The notes: generated by a model not told the origin, from the letters alone. DNA of 64,000 nucleotides from Brevibacterium luteolum (GCF_013004595.1 NZ_JABEMC010000001.1:1-64000); one strand, 5' to 3'. Positions 30,409 through 40,849 are shown, numbered from the stretch's first letter. Made by a program: numbers and translations.

Positions 30409-32836
30409 TACCGGACGTACGGCAAAGTGGTACTCCGTCCTCGGGCTCATCCTCGTGCCGATCGTCATCGCCGCCGGATTCGTCTTTGCGATCTGGAAGG
30501 CCACCGACCGGCTCGACAATGTCCAGGCCGCCATCGTCAACCTTGACGAGGGCGCAGAAATCGACGGTCAGACGGTACCGCTGGGCCGCCAGCTGGCGGC
30601 CGGGCTCGTCGACAGCGACGACGAGAACTTCGACTGGGTGCTCTCGGACGAAGAGGACTCGGATGACGGCTTGCGCAACGGCACGTACGCCGCTGTCATC
30701 ACCATCCCCAAGGGCTTCTCCGAAGCGGTCACTTCGTCGAGCGACGATGACCCGATGATGGCCCGGCAGGCCACGATCAGCGTCAAGACCTCCCACGTCA
30801 CCCCGCTGGCCGACTCCGCGATCGGACAGTCGATCGCCGAGGCCGCCCGGGCGAGCTTCAACTCCGAGTTCGCCAAGAAGTACCTCGACGGCATCTACCT
30901 CGGCTTCAACGACATCAGCAAGCAGTTCAAGACGGTGTCCGATGCTGCCAACGAGATCAACGACGGCGCCGGACAGCTCGCCGACGGCACCGGCGACGCA
31001 GCCGATGGCGCCGGCAAGCTCTCCGACGGGCTCGGCGAGCTGTCGGCCAACAGCGGCCAGCTGCGCAGCGGTGCCGGCGACCTCGCCAGCGGCGCGCGTG
31101 ACCTGTCAACAGGCGCCGGCGACCTCTCTGATGGTGCCGGGGAACTGGCCGACGGACTCGGCACGATGCGCGAGCAGACGAAGGACCTGCCCGACCAGAC
31201 TCGGAAGCTCGCCGACGGTGCCGGCGACCTCTCCGACGGCGTTGACGAGTACACCCGCGGTGTCGACGACATGATCATCGGCCTGAGCGATTTCGCCGAC
31301 GGGCTCGGTGACGGCAAAGACCTCGACTTCGAGGACAAGCTCGACGGGCTCGGGGAGGGTGCTCAAGACCTCAACGACGGCATCAACCGCATCAACGACG
31401 GTGTCGGCGACTATCAGGACAAGCTCAAGCAGCAGTCCGATGACCTGAAGAAGCTGCAGCAGACGAAGTCACTGACGCTGCAGGATCTGGTCAAGGCCGG
31501 GCTCATGGACGACGGCGAGGCGGATCAGCTCAAGCAGGTGCTGTGCCCCGACGGTGACGATGACCAGTGCAAACGCACCCAGGACGCCTACGCACGCGGA
31601 GTGCTCAAGGCCGCTCAGTCCGCTTTGGACCAGGCTGCCGAGGGACTCGATCAGAAGGACGAGAACGGCCGCTCGATCACCGGTGGGCTCCAGGATCTCA
31701 CCGACGGGGCCGATGAGCTCAACGACGGCATCCAGGACATGGTGAAGAACCTCGGTGATAAGCTGCCGAAGCTGCTCGACGACCTCAAAGGACTCGGAGG
31801 CAAAGCCGACGAGCTGCTCGACGCCTCGAAGGAGCTGCGCAACGGCGCTGGCCAGGTGGCCGACGGCACTGACAAGCTCGCTGACGGCATGGGACCCCTT
31901 GCCGACGGCGTCAAGCAGTCCGCCGACGGAGCCAACCAGCTCTCCGACGGAGCCAACCAGCTCTCCGACGGCGCCGGCACCCTGGCCGACGGCGCAGACG
32001 AGTACTCAGCCGGTGTGAACAAGTACACCGAGGGCGTCGACCAGTCGGCCACGGGAGCCAGCACGCTCTCCGACGGCCTCACCGACCTCGACGACGGGGC
32101 CGAACAGCTCGCCGACGGCACCGGAGAACTCGCCGAAGGCCTCGACGAGGGCAAGGACAAGATCCCGTCCTACACCGCACCCGAACGCGACAAGCTCTCC
32201 AACACGGTCGTCGCACCGGTGGCCGAGAGTGGCAGCCTGCTCAACGACATCCCGCAGGCATCATCGATCGCGCTGCTGCTCATGATGGCGCTGTGGGTCG
32301 GGGCACTCGTGACCTACACGGTCGTGCGGGCCGTCTCGGCAACCGCCCTGACATCGCGCCGGTCATCCTTCTCAGTCATGCTCAAGGGAATGCTGCCCGG
32401 CCTCGTCATCGCCGTGATCCAGGCCGTGGTGCTGGCGATCATCGCGAACATCGTGTTGGAGCTCAACCTGTTCGACTTCGCTTCCGTGCTGCTGCTCGTG
32501 CTCTTCGCGGGGCTCGTGTTCATGACGCTGAACTATGCGCTCGTCGCGTGGTTCGGCGGCACCGGCCGGTTCATCTCAGTGGTGCTCATCGTGCTGGCCG
32601 TCGCCGGCAGAGCGATCGGGGCGGTGCCGGAGTTCTTCCATACGATCACCCCGTTCCTGCCGATGACCCCGGCGATGGACGGCATCACCGCCGCAGCAAC
32701 CGGCATGCCCGGACTGGGAGGGGCATGGGCCGCCCTGTTCGGCTGGCTGGTCATCGGGGTGGCCGGCAGCTTCGCCGCGGTCGTGCGCAAGCGCACACTC
32801 GGGGCCGGCCAGGTCGCCCGGCTCGCCCACATCTGA
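30386..32836 (+). CDS. YhgE/Pip-family membrane protein with LxxG heptad repeats
   Basis: AAIVNLDEG and ITIPKGFS N-terminus, many GAxxLxDG repeats, C-terminal TM bundle. Confidence 0.9.
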   Translation: MTWFERADTGRTAKWYSVLGLILVPIVIAAGFVFAIWKATDRLDNVQAAIVNLDEGAEIDGQTVPLGRQLAAGLVDSDDENFDWVLSDEEDSDDGLRNGTYAAVITIPKGFSEAVTSSSDDDPMMARQATISVKTSHVTPLADSAIGQSIAEAARASFNSEFAKKYLDGIYLGFNDISKQFKTVSDAANEINDGAGQLADGTGDAADGAGKLSDGLGELSANSGQLRSGAGDLASGARDLSTGAGDLSDGAGELADGLGTMREQTKDLPDQTRKLADGAGDLSDGVDEYTRGVDDMIIGLSDFADGLGDGKDLDFEDKLDGLGEGAQDLNDGINRINDGVGDYQDKLKQQSDDLKKLQQTKSLTLQDLVKAGLMDDGEADQLKQVLCPDGDDDQCKRTQDAYARGVLKAAQSALDQAAEGLDQKDENGRSITGGLQDLTDGADELNDGIQDMVKNLGDKLPKLLDDLKGLGGKADELLDASKELRNGAGQVADGTDKLADGMGPLADGVKQSADGANQLSDGANQLSDGAGTLADGADEYSAGVNKYTEGVDQSATGASTLSDGLTDLDDGAEQLADGTGELAEGLDEGKDKIPSYTAPERDKLSNTVVAPVAESGSLLNDIPQASSIALLLMMALWVGALVTYTVVRAVSATALTSRRSSFSVMLKGMLPGLVIAVIQAVVLAIIANIVLELNLFDFASVLLLVLFAGLVFMTLNYALVAWFGGTGRFISVVLIVLAVAGRAIGAVPEFFHTITPFLPMTPAMDGITAAATGMPGLGGAWAALFGWLVIGVAGSFAAVVRKRTLGAGQVARLAHI

Positions 32837-32853
32837 GCGGGCGAACCGGCGCC

Positions 32854-34857
32854 CTAGCCGCCGAGGATCTGCTCGGCGATACGGTGAGCGTCGCGCAGAG
32901 TGCGCGCCGACTTGTGCGGATTGGCCGCGATCGCCAGCCCGAACTGCACAGCCGAGAGCTGGATCGACAGGCAGTACCGGTGCGGGTGGTCATAGCCGCG
33001 TGCATCGCGGGTGCGCAGCGTGTCCGGATCGACATCGAGACCGGACAGCGGCTGCGCAACACCCTCGCTGAGCGTGAGCTCAGCGACGGCGAGCTGTCCG
33101 CGGTCGAGCATCCCGGCCACCATCTCGTCCGCGGCATGCCGCACCTGGTTGGCAGGCGAGGCGGCGTCGACGAGTGCGCCAGCCTCGACAGGGTCGGGCA
33201 CGGCGGGGGAGGAGGCGCGGAAGCAGGAGCGCTCACCAGCACGCGAGGTGGTGATGCGCACCTCGGGCCCGACGAACTCGACGAGCCCCGCCTCAGCCAG
33301 GGCGATGAGTTCGGCGAAGCGCTGCGGCGGCGGGCCGTCGCAGATGCCGGAGACGAAGCCCTCGAACCAGCCGCGCACCTCGGTGTGGAAGCTGATGTCA
33401 TTGACCCGACCGTCAGCGATGAGCTCCTTGAGAAATGCCCGCGCCGCCCACAGCACCGCAAACAACGCCTTCTCCGGCGCACGCTCAGGCCCGCGATAAG
33501 CGGCGTCGAGGTCACGGCGCAGGAAGTCGAGCATCCACGCATTCAGCTCCGCCCGCGAGGCGAAGGTCCGGTCCTCCAGCGGCCGCAGCAGCGTATGGAG
33601 GTCGAGGATCCGCTCCGGGTTGCCGATGACACTCGTCTCGACATCGGACCACGCGCTGGACTCCTGCGTCTGGCGGCCCGGGCGGCCAGCGACCTCGCGG
33701 GTCTCGGCAGCCGCGCGGCGCGAGACATGCCGGTCCACCGCCTCGGCGAGGGCTTCGGTGAGCGCTGCCGGGTCGCTGACGAACGCCTCGGGTTCGGAAG
33801 CGTAGAGCGCCGCATACCAGGCATGGCGCAGGTCGGCGAGGATGAGCGGCCACAGCTGATCGTTGAACCGCAGGTCACCGCCGTCGGCCTCGGTGGCCAG
33901 CCGCTCCAGGGTGGCGGGGGTGAAGTAGCGCAGCGGGTAGTCCGACAGCGGATGGGAGGCAGTGATCGGCTTGCACCGATACGGCACGCCGCGCCGTGAC
34001 GACGGAGCGAGCACCGGCTCCTGCCCGCTGGGCCGGTAGGCGAGCACCGGCGCCCCGGCATCCGTCGTGCCGGTCTGCGTGAACGCGCCCCCGCGGCCAG
34101 TGCTCAGCAGCGCCTGATGGTCGAAGTAGTTGAGGCCGAAACCGCGGAACACCACCGTCTCACCGGCTTGCAGCACATCGACATCGGCCTCAGCGGGCAG
34201 TCCCGGAGGCAGGTAGGTCAGGTGCGCCCCGGCGGCGAAGCGCTGCCAGGCCACCCGCTCCTCATTCAGCCGCGCGGGGATGTGCCCGACGCACAGCACG
34301 ACGTCGTCGACCTCCAGGGTCGGGCCATCAGCTAAGCGGATGAGCTGGGCGACCCGCTGCCCGGCCGGGCTGTCGGCGGCACCGCGCGGCTCGATGACGG
34401 CCGTGGCGACCGTCGGGTGGTGGCGGATCGACACGCCTGCCGGGGCCGTAGCGCAGATGTGGTCATAGGCATCCCGCAGATACTGGCCGTAGAGCGCACG
34501 GGGGGCGAAGGTCGAGAGCACCTCGGCATCACTTGCCGCGTGCTCACGCCGGTACCAGGTCGCCATGTCCGGGCCGGTGGAGTGCGGCCTGATGCCGCAG
34601 CTGAGATCGGGGAAGATCGTCTGCTCGCCGATCGTCGTGTTCATGAGCAGATCCGGGTGCTGGTCCGTACGCCACACGATCCCGGCCCCGGGTGGGAACG
34701 GATCGATGAGATGGGCCTCGATCGACGCGTCACCGGCGAGGGCGCACAGCCGCTCGAGAACACTGAGACCACGCGGGCCAGCCCCGATGATCCCCACCCG
34801 GCGCGGCACTGCGGTGCCCAGCGCACCACTGTCCGATCCGTCTCGGCGGCGGCTCAA
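32854..34857 (-). CDS. FAD/NAD(P)-binding oxidoreductase
   Basis: IIGAGPRGLSVLERL, GAGIVWRTDQ..LLMNT, RGFGLNYFD, SRRGVPY and GPPPQR. Confidence 0.85.
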   Translation of the reverse strand: MSRRRDGSDSGALGTAVPRRVGIIGAGPRGLSVLERLCALAGDASIEAHLIDPFPPGAGIVWRTDQHPDLLMNTTIGEQTIFPDLSCGIRPHSTGPDMATWYRREHAASDAEVLSTFAPRALYGQYLRDAYDHICATAPAGVSIRHHPTVATAVIEPRGAADSPAGQRVAQLIRLADGPTLEVDDVVLCVGHIPARLNEERVAWQRFAAGAHLTYLPPGLPAEADVDVLQAGETVVFRGFGLNYFDHQALLSTGRGGAFTQTGTTDAGAPVLAYRPSGQEPVLAPSSRRGVPYRCKPITASHPLSDYPLRYFTPATLERLATEADGGDLRFNDQLWPLILADLRHAWYAALYASEPEAFVSDPAALTEALAEAVDRHVSRRAAAETREVAGRPGRQTQESSAWSDVETSVIGNPERILDLHTLLRPLEDRTFASRAELNAWMLDFLRRDLDAAYRGPERAPEKALFAVLWAARAFLKELIADGRVNDISFHTEVRGWFEGFVSGICDGPPPQRFAELIALAEAGLVEFVGPEVRITTSRAGERSCFRASSPAVPDPVEAGALVDAASPANQVRHAADEMVAGMLDRGQLAVAELTLSEGVAQPLSGLDVDPDTLRTRDARGYDHPHRYCLSIQLSAVQFGLAIAANPHKSARTLRDAHRIAEQILGG

Positions 34858-36923
34858 TTCTGCTCTCCGTCGCCCTCAGGTCCGGGGTAGCCGGGCCAGC
34901 CGGAGCCCGGCTCGTAGTCTTTCGGGTAGCACTTGCCCTCGGTGTCCTCGATCCCCTCGGCGGGGGCACCCGTCTCCTCCGGCGGCGGTTCCTCGGTCTC
35001 GGCCGTGTCGGTGCCGGTCGCCTCTTCCTGCTGGCTCTTGGCCTTCGGGTTGATCTGTTCGTCGACCCAGGTGCGCAGCGCCTCATAGTCGGGGTTGAAT
35101 GTGCTGGTGACATCGTTGTTGATCTGCGCGGACTTCACCTCGGTTCCCTGCATGAGCGCGGCGAGCTCGACGAAGGCGTTGAGCTCGCGCTGCGGGATGT
35201 CAGTGGCGACGTTGCGCTCAGCCGAGCCGGCGAGCTTCGGGTAGGCCAGCGCGATCTCGCGCGGATTCACCTGGTCGAGGGTGGTCTTGAGCATCCGCTG
35301 CTGGCGGCACATGCGATCGTAGTTGTCGGCACCCTCACGGGAGCGGACATACCACAGCGCTTTCTTGCCCGTCAGCACCTGCTCACCAGGGTCGATCCAG
35401 CCGAACACCCGGTTCTTCACACCGGTGTTCATGTTCGTGCCCCCGCCCATCGGGATCGGCCGCTCGACGTCGATCTTCACGCCGCCGATCGCGTCGACGA
35501 CATCTTCGAAGCCCTGCATGTCGACCGAGGCCCAGTTGTCCATCTTGAGCCCGAGTGATCCCTCGACCGCCTGCATGGTGGCGTACATGCCGAGCTCCAT
35601 GTCGCCGGGATCGCCGACCGCCTCGGGCTCGGATTCGGCCCACGTCCACACGGCGTTGATGAGGCTCTCCTCGGAGCCGAAGGCGTTGAAGCCCTGCGGG
35701 AACCGCTCGGCGAGCTTCGAGCCTTCCGGGAACTGCGGGAACGCGAGGTTGCGGGGCACCGAGATGAGTGTCGTCTTGCCCGACCTCGTGTCGATTGAGG
35801 CGACGAGCATGGTGTCCGGGCGGGTGCCCTCGCGGCCGTCGCCGTTGTCGCGGCCGATGAGGAAGACGTTGATGCGCGGCTTGTCCTTCCACAGCTCAGC
35901 GGAGTCGAGGACGGGCCCGCCGCCCTCGCCGAAGACCTTGCGCACCGTCTCGCCCTGCACGCGGGAGTAGGCCGCGCCGACGCCCAGCGGCACACCGGTG
36001 AGCACGATGAGGCTCATGACGAGCACCGAGCCGAGCGCGCGCTGCGAGCGTCGCAGACGGGTGCCGCTGCGCAGCATGACATAGGAGCGGATGATGACGA
36101 ACGCCCAGATGAGCGCGCCGATGATAAGGAGGATCGCGATGACGTTGAGGATCGTCGGGCTGGAGACGACGCGCGCGCCGGCCTTGACCGGGCCGCGGTA
36201 GAGGACCCAGATGCCGATCGCGGCCAGGCCTGCCAGGAAGCCGAGCGTGAGGAACCAGCCGAGCCGCGAATTGCGACTCTTGATCATGCCGAGACCGGGG
36301 ATGAGCGTGCCGAGACTCGTCCAGCCGACGATGCGGGGAAAGACGTCGTTGCGGCGCGAGTGCCGGGTCGCCTCCGGGATATCGTCGGTCTCAGCGGTGG
36401 CTGTATTCGTGCCCGAGGTGGTGGCCACGGGCTGGCGGCGGAGCCGGCGTCGGCGGGAGCGCTCTTCGGCTGCGCGGGCTTCCTGACGGGTGAGTGGCGC
36501 GTCTTCCGGAGTCGGGTCCGGGGCGGGCTCAGTGGCGGGTGTGAAGGTGCGGGGCTGTTCGCGCCGCGGTTGCTCGCGGCGCCTGGCGGCTGCGGCACCG
36601 GCGACAGCGCCGGCCCCGGCGGCTACTGCACCGGAGGCGGCACGCAGCCCGGTGAACCGGGGGCCGGTGGAAGCCCGGGCCTGCCGGCTGGCATGACGCG
36701 GGGTCGAGTTCTCGAATCCCTCGGGGGCCGGGGCAAGTGTGCCTGGGCGGGACGATGCGGTCGAACCGGAGCGCGGTGCCTGAGCCTGGCTGCTGTCGCC
36801 GGGGGCTGCCGGGCGGGAGCTGCGCAGGCGGGGGCGGCTGGAGGCCTTGAACGAGGAGTCGTGCGGGGATGAGCCGTTCGGTCCACGGCGTGGTGTGGGG
36901 GCACCATTGTCATCGTGGGACAC
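34854..36923 (-). CDS. LCP-family cell-wall glycopolymer ligase with disordered N-terminus
   Basis: GRD...RPDTMLVAS, ISVPRNL, VDAIGGV and YVRSR...DNYDRMCRQ. Confidence 0.92.
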   Translation of the reverse strand: MSHDDNGAPTPRRGPNGSSPHDSSFKASSRPRLRSSRPAAPGDSSQAQAPRSGSTASSRPGTLAPAPEGFENSTPRHASRQARASTGPRFTGLRAASGAVAAGAGAVAGAAAARRREQPRREQPRTFTPATEPAPDPTPEDAPLTRQEARAAEERSRRRRLRRQPVATTSGTNTATAETDDIPEATRHSRRNDVFPRIVGWTSLGTLIPGLGMIKSRNSRLGWFLTLGFLAGLAAIGIWVLYRGPVKAGARVVSSPTILNVIAILLIIGALIWAFVIIRSYVMLRSGTRLRRSQRALGSVLVMSLIVLTGVPLGVGAAYSRVQGETVRKVFGEGGGPVLDSAELWKDKPRINVFLIGRDNGDGREGTRPDTMLVASIDTRSGKTTLISVPRNLAFPQFPEGSKLAERFPQGFNAFGSEESLINAVWTWAESEPEAVGDPGDMELGMYATMQAVEGSLGLKMDNWASVDMQGFEDVVDAIGGVKIDVERPIPMGGGTNMNTGVKNRVFGWIDPGEQVLTGKKALWYVRSREGADNYDRMCRQQRMLKTTLDQVNPREIALAYPKLAGSAERNVATDIPQRELNAFVELAALMQGTEVKSAQINNDVTSTFNPDYEALRTWVDEQINPKAKSQQEEATGTDTAETEEPPPEETGAPAEGIEDTEGKCYPKDYEPGSGWPGYPGPEGDGEQN

Positions 36924-37165
36924 TGCTCACTCCTTGGAAAACGGCACGATCGAGGGACAGGTGATAATCACAAGCTCTTAGTGTACGAGTTCAACCTCCG
37001 AGATTCGTGAGCTACGCGTTGGTGCCAGCTTCGCAACGCGCATCTGCGCGCCGGATTCCGGCTCGCGGCTCGGCTTTGCTCGGGTGCTGGCAGTTCGTTA
37101 TCATTGGTGAGGTTACGCGCGCCTGCACACCGGGAGACCAGCCCGCTGCGGCGCGCATCGCACCA

Positions 37166-37254
37166 GGAGTCGTGGCTGAGCGGCCGAAAGCACCACCCTG
37201 CTAAGGTGGAGTCCCTTGAATTGGGGACCGTGGGTTCAAATCCCACCGGCTCCG
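37166..37254 (+). tRNA. tRNA-Ser(GCT)
   Basis: CCACC-CTGCTAA-GGTGG anticodon arm, long variable arm, GTTCAAATC. Confidence 0.96.
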
Positions 37255-37267
37255 CGTTTTTCCTCGC

Positions 37268-37304
37268 AGCCCCGTCTGCCCGTCATCACCGGGCAGGCGG
37301 GGCT
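37268..37304 (+). terminator. Hairpin after tRNA-Ser(GCT)
   Basis: AGCCCCGTCTGCCCG-tcatcac-CGGGCAGGCGGGGCT. Confidence 0.75.
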
Positions 37305-37380
37305 TCGGCATTGCCGGATTCACCAGCTGTTCACCTCGCCGTCTCCCGCCACGGCCCGGCATTCCGTACAGTCGCAGGCC

Positions 37381-38853
37381 ATGACTCGCATACGGCTCTT
37401 CCACTTCGATATTCCCACCTGGGGCAACTACGGCGACAAGGCCCTGTTCCCGGTGGTACGCGATCTCTTCACCGGTTTCGCCGGCGGACAGGCATTCGAG
37501 TTCATCGGTGCCGCGCCGCTGCGCCGCGAAGTCAGCGTCGAGCTCATCGAGCGGATCAACGTCAGTGCCGATGCCGTCGTCGTCGGCGGTGGGGGACTGT
37601 TCCTGCAGGACACGAACCCGAACGCGAACTCCGGCTGGCAGTGGAACATCTCCCGCGCCGCACTCGACCGGCTGGAGGTGCCGATCATCGTCTTCGCCGT
37701 GGGTGACAACCGGTTCCCCGGACAGCCGGCCTTCTCCGACCTCTTCGTCGACCACGTCAGCGCGGTGGCGGACAAAAGCGTGTTCTTCGGACTGCGCAAC
37801 CACGGATCGATGGAGTCGATGGCCGACACTCTGCCAGACTCTGCGGCAGCGAAGATCGAATTCCAGCCCTGCCCGACCGCCCTCGGCAGGCTCATCTATT
37901 CCGGCAGTGCGACGCCTTCTAACGAGCGGCGGCTGGCGGTGCAGATGCTCGTCCAGCACCGGCAGCGGGCGGCCGGTTATGACGCCGAGGCGATCCACCG
38001 GGAGGTCATCACCGCTGTCAGGCAGCTCGCGGCTGACGGCTGGCAGATCGTCAGCACTCCCTTCCATCCCGACGACCGGGTGTTCGCGCAGGCGCTGGCA
38101 GAAGCCGTTCCCGAGGTGGCCGAGCACCGCCTGCACGGACCCGACGTCGACTACCGCGCGGGCTACGAGCTCTTCGCCGGCACTCCGGTCGTCCTCGGCG
38201 GGCGCGGTCACGCCCAGCTCATTCCCTTCGGCGCCGGATCGATCCCGATCTCCCTCGACCTGCACAACAAGCTGCGCTACTTCGCCGCAGATGTCGGCCA
38301 CCCTGAGTTCACGCTTGCAGCTGAGCCGGAGCGTCTGGGGGAGCGGATCGTCGAATCGGTCGCGGCGGCGTGGGAGCAGCGAGATCAGCTGCAGGGGGAC
38401 CTGGCGGCCGTGCAGCAGGAGTGGATGGAGATCTCGCAGCAGAACTTGGCGGGGATCTACGAAGCGGTGGCGGGCCGGTCGGTGCCGCAGGAGCCCTTCG
38501 CGCCCATCAGTGAGCAGGCCGCGCAGCGGGAGAGCTTTCATATCGCAGCGGCAGCCGAACTGGAGGAGCCGCGAATTCTCAGCGACCGTGCGCACAAGCG
38601 AACCCGGGAGGAGCTGCAGGAGACGGCCGCGGAGCTCCAGGAGACGCGGGAGCGGCTGGAGGAAGCAGAGAAGAAGTTGAGTGAGAGGGAGGCGGAGGCG
38701 CAGCGGCTGGGCGGTGAGCTGACGGACCTCCGCGCGGAGCTGGAGGCGCTGCGCTCGAGGTCATTTGCCGACGAGGCCGGGGCAGTCGCGCGGCGCGGGA
38801 TCCACGGTGTGAGGTGGCGGGTCAGGCGGCTGGTGCGCCGGGTCCGGCGCTGA
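37381..38853 (+). CDS. Polysaccharide pyruvyl-transferase family protein with C-terminal coiled coil
   Basis: GNYGD, VVGGGGLF, GLRN and GGRGHAQL motifs; EELQETAAELQETRERLEE heptads. Confidence 0.8.
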   Translation: MTRIRLFHFDIPTWGNYGDKALFPVVRDLFTGFAGGQAFEFIGAAPLRREVSVELIERINVSADAVVVGGGGLFLQDTNPNANSGWQWNISRAALDRLEVPIIVFAVGDNRFPGQPAFSDLFVDHVSAVADKSVFFGLRNHGSMESMADTLPDSAAAKIEFQPCPTALGRLIYSGSATPSNERRLAVQMLVQHRQRAAGYDAEAIHREVITAVRQLAADGWQIVSTPFHPDDRVFAQALAEAVPEVAEHRLHGPDVDYRAGYELFAGTPVVLGGRGHAQLIPFGAGSIPISLDLHNKLRYFAADVGHPEFTLAAEPERLGERIVESVAAAWEQRDQLQGDLAAVQQEWMEISQQNLAGIYEAVAGRSVPQEPFAPISEQAAQRESFHIAAAAELEEPRILSDRAHKRTREELQETAAELQETRERLEEAEKKLSEREAEAQRLGGELTDLRAELEALRSRSFADEAGAVARRGIHGVRWRVRRLVRRVRR

Positions 38854-39265
38854 GCGCCGCCTCAAGGTCGGCGGCGAAGTCCTCGCGCACGGAGAAGACA
38901 AGGTCCGTGCCCGAGGAAGTCGTCGCCTGCAGGTACGGCCCGCCGACGAGGAACGAGGTCGTCGAGCCAGCCCGCTTGTAGCCGAGACCCACGAGCGCTC
39001 TCTCGACGCGGGCGACCTCGGTGATATTGGCGATGTCGACCTCGACGAGGTAGAACCAGTAGCGCAGTGCCAGCACCCCGTCGCTGACGGTGATGCGCAG
39101 GGCAGACGCTGAGAGCACGTAGCTGAGAATCGCCAGCACAACGGCGCAGGTGAGGATGATCCAGCTGAACCCGGTGAGCATGAGCAGCACGAGGAAGATC
39201 GGCAGCGCCCACAGCAGCGCCACGACGTAGAGGCGCGGGTAGACCCGCCAGCTCAGCTCAGACAT
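38822..39265 (-). CDS. Small membrane protein (2 TM plus beta-rich domain)
   Basis: Hydrophobic N-terminus; TAGGAT-N6-ATG leaderless start. Confidence 0.7.
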   Translation of the reverse strand: MSELSWRVYPRLYVVALLWALPIFLVLLMLTGFSWIILTCAVVLAILSYVLSASALRITVSDGVLALRYWFYLVEVDIANITEVARVERALVGLGYKRAGSTTSFLVGGPYLQATTSSGTDLVFSVREDFAADLEAALSAGPGAPAA

Positions 39266-39416
39266 CGTTCCATCCTACGGTCGGGCGACCACCGCCTCGG
39301 GTCCGGTGTGCGGGCGTGAAGATGACGGGCGGATGAACGCAGGGCGACTTTGCGGTTACACTCAGCATGGGTCGCGAAGACCGCTCCTCAGATCTCCTCA
39401 CCCTGTTAGGTAGCGC

Positions 39417-40613
39417 GTGGAACTCCTCATTCTCGTCGTGCTCGTCATCGCACTGGCACTGTTCTTCGACTTCACCAACGGGTTCCACGACACCGCGAAC
39501 GCGATGGCCACCCCGATCGCCACCGGTGCGATCAAGCCGAAGACCGCCGTCGCACTGGCTGCCGTGCTCAACCTCATCGGTGCGTTCCTCTCCACGGAGG
39601 TCGCCAAGACGATCTCCGGCGGTCTCATCAACGAAGGCGACGGCGGCGTCCACATCACGCCCCAGCTGATCCTGGCGGGACTCATCGGCGCGATCGTGTG
39701 GAATATGATCACCTGGATCTACGGGTTGCCGTCCTCATCATCACATGCGCTGTTCGGCGGACTCATCGGCGCGGCCGTCGTCGGTGCGGGACTGCACGCG
39801 GTGAACTTCTCCGTCGTGCTCTCCAAAGTCATCATCCCCGCCATCGCCGCCCCGCTCATCGCCGGGACTAGCGCCTACGTGTGCACCCGGCTGGCCTATT
39901 CGATCACCCGCCGGTACGCGAATGCCAACCGGCGCGGGGCCTTCAAATACGGGCAGATCTTCTCCTCCTCGCTCGTCGCACTCGCCCATGGCACCAACGA
40001 CGCGCAGAAGACGATGGGCGTCATCACTCTGCTGCTCATCTCCGCGCAGATGCAGGAGCCCGGCACCGGCCCGCACTTCTGGGTCATCGCCACCTGCGCC
40101 TTCGCCATCGCCTTCGGCACCTACCTCGGCGGCTGGCGGATCATCGACACGCTCGGCACGAAGCTCACCGAGGTCCGGCCCGCCCAGGGGCTGTCGGCCG
40201 AGACCTCGACGGCTGCGGCGATCCTGGCCTCCTCGCACCTGGGCTTCGCGCTGTCGACAACGCAGGTGGCCTCCGGGTCCGTGCTCGGCTCCGGACTCGG
40301 CCGCAAGGGTGCTGACGTCAAGTGGTCGACTGCCGGCAAGATTGCCTCCGGCTGGCTGTTAACGCTGCCGGCCGCCGGTGCCGTCGGGGCGCTGGCGGCG
40401 ATCGTGGCCAACCTCGGATTCTGGGGTGCGATGGCTGACGTCATTGTGGCGACGATCGTCGTGCTGTGGATCTACCTGCACTCACGCAAGACCGCCCACC
40501 TGGTCCAGCTCTCGAAGCTCGACACCGTCGGTGACGCCGTGGGCATCCGCGGCCGGCGCGCCAAGCGCAAGGCGAAGAAGCAGGCCAAGCAGATGAAAGG
40601 CGGGAACCGCTGA
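39417..40613 (+). CDS. Pit-family inorganic phosphate transporter
   Basis: NGFHDTANAMAT, GLPSSSSHAL and HGTNDAQKTMG. Confidence 0.95.
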   Translation: MELLILVVLVIALALFFDFTNGFHDTANAMATPIATGAIKPKTAVALAAVLNLIGAFLSTEVAKTISGGLINEGDGGVHITPQLILAGLIGAIVWNMITWIYGLPSSSSHALFGGLIGAAVVGAGLHAVNFSVVLSKVIIPAIAAPLIAGTSAYVCTRLAYSITRRYANANRRGAFKYGQIFSSSLVALAHGTNDAQKTMGVITLLLISAQMQEPGTGPHFWVIATCAFAIAFGTYLGGWRIIDTLGTKLTEVRPAQGLSAETSTAAAILASSHLGFALSTTQVASGSVLGSGLGRKGADVKWSTAGKIASGWLLTLPAAGAVGALAAIVANLGFWGAMADVIVATIVVLWIYLHSRKTAHLVQLSKLDTVGDAVGIRGRRAKRKAKKQAKQMKGGNR

Positions 40614-40843
40614 TGATCGACTGGATGTCCCTTGTCATCGTCGCCGTCGCGACCCTGACGGCAGCGACCGTGACGATCACGCTGTTCTCGGTGGCTGTGC
40701 GACTGCGCGCCTACGCCATCGACCTGCGCTCAGCGGGGCGCAGCAATGCGCTCGTCTCGCTGGCCAGCCATGCGGTGTTCGGCGTCTGCGGAATTGTCGT
40801 GCTCATCGGCGTCTATCTCATCGTCCCCGCCCTGCACGGCTAG
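40613..40843 (+). CDS. Small 2-TM protein coupled to the Pit gene
   Basis: TGATG overlap; two hydrophobic helices. Confidence 0.8.
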   Translation: MIDWMSLVIVAVATLTAATVTITLFSVAVRLRAYAIDLRSAGRSNALVSLASHAVFGVCGIVVLIGVYLIVPALHG

Positions 40844-40849
40844 ACCGGT

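Noticed and set aside
31922..31971. 21-bp exact tandem duplication in the YhgE/Pip gene
   Set aside because: An ordinary heptad (DGANQLS) expansion within the known repeat region.
17079..37254. Genomic island bounded by the two tRNA-Ser genes
   Set aside because: They are different isoacceptors, with no duplicated 3' end or integrase, and core-type genes lie between them.
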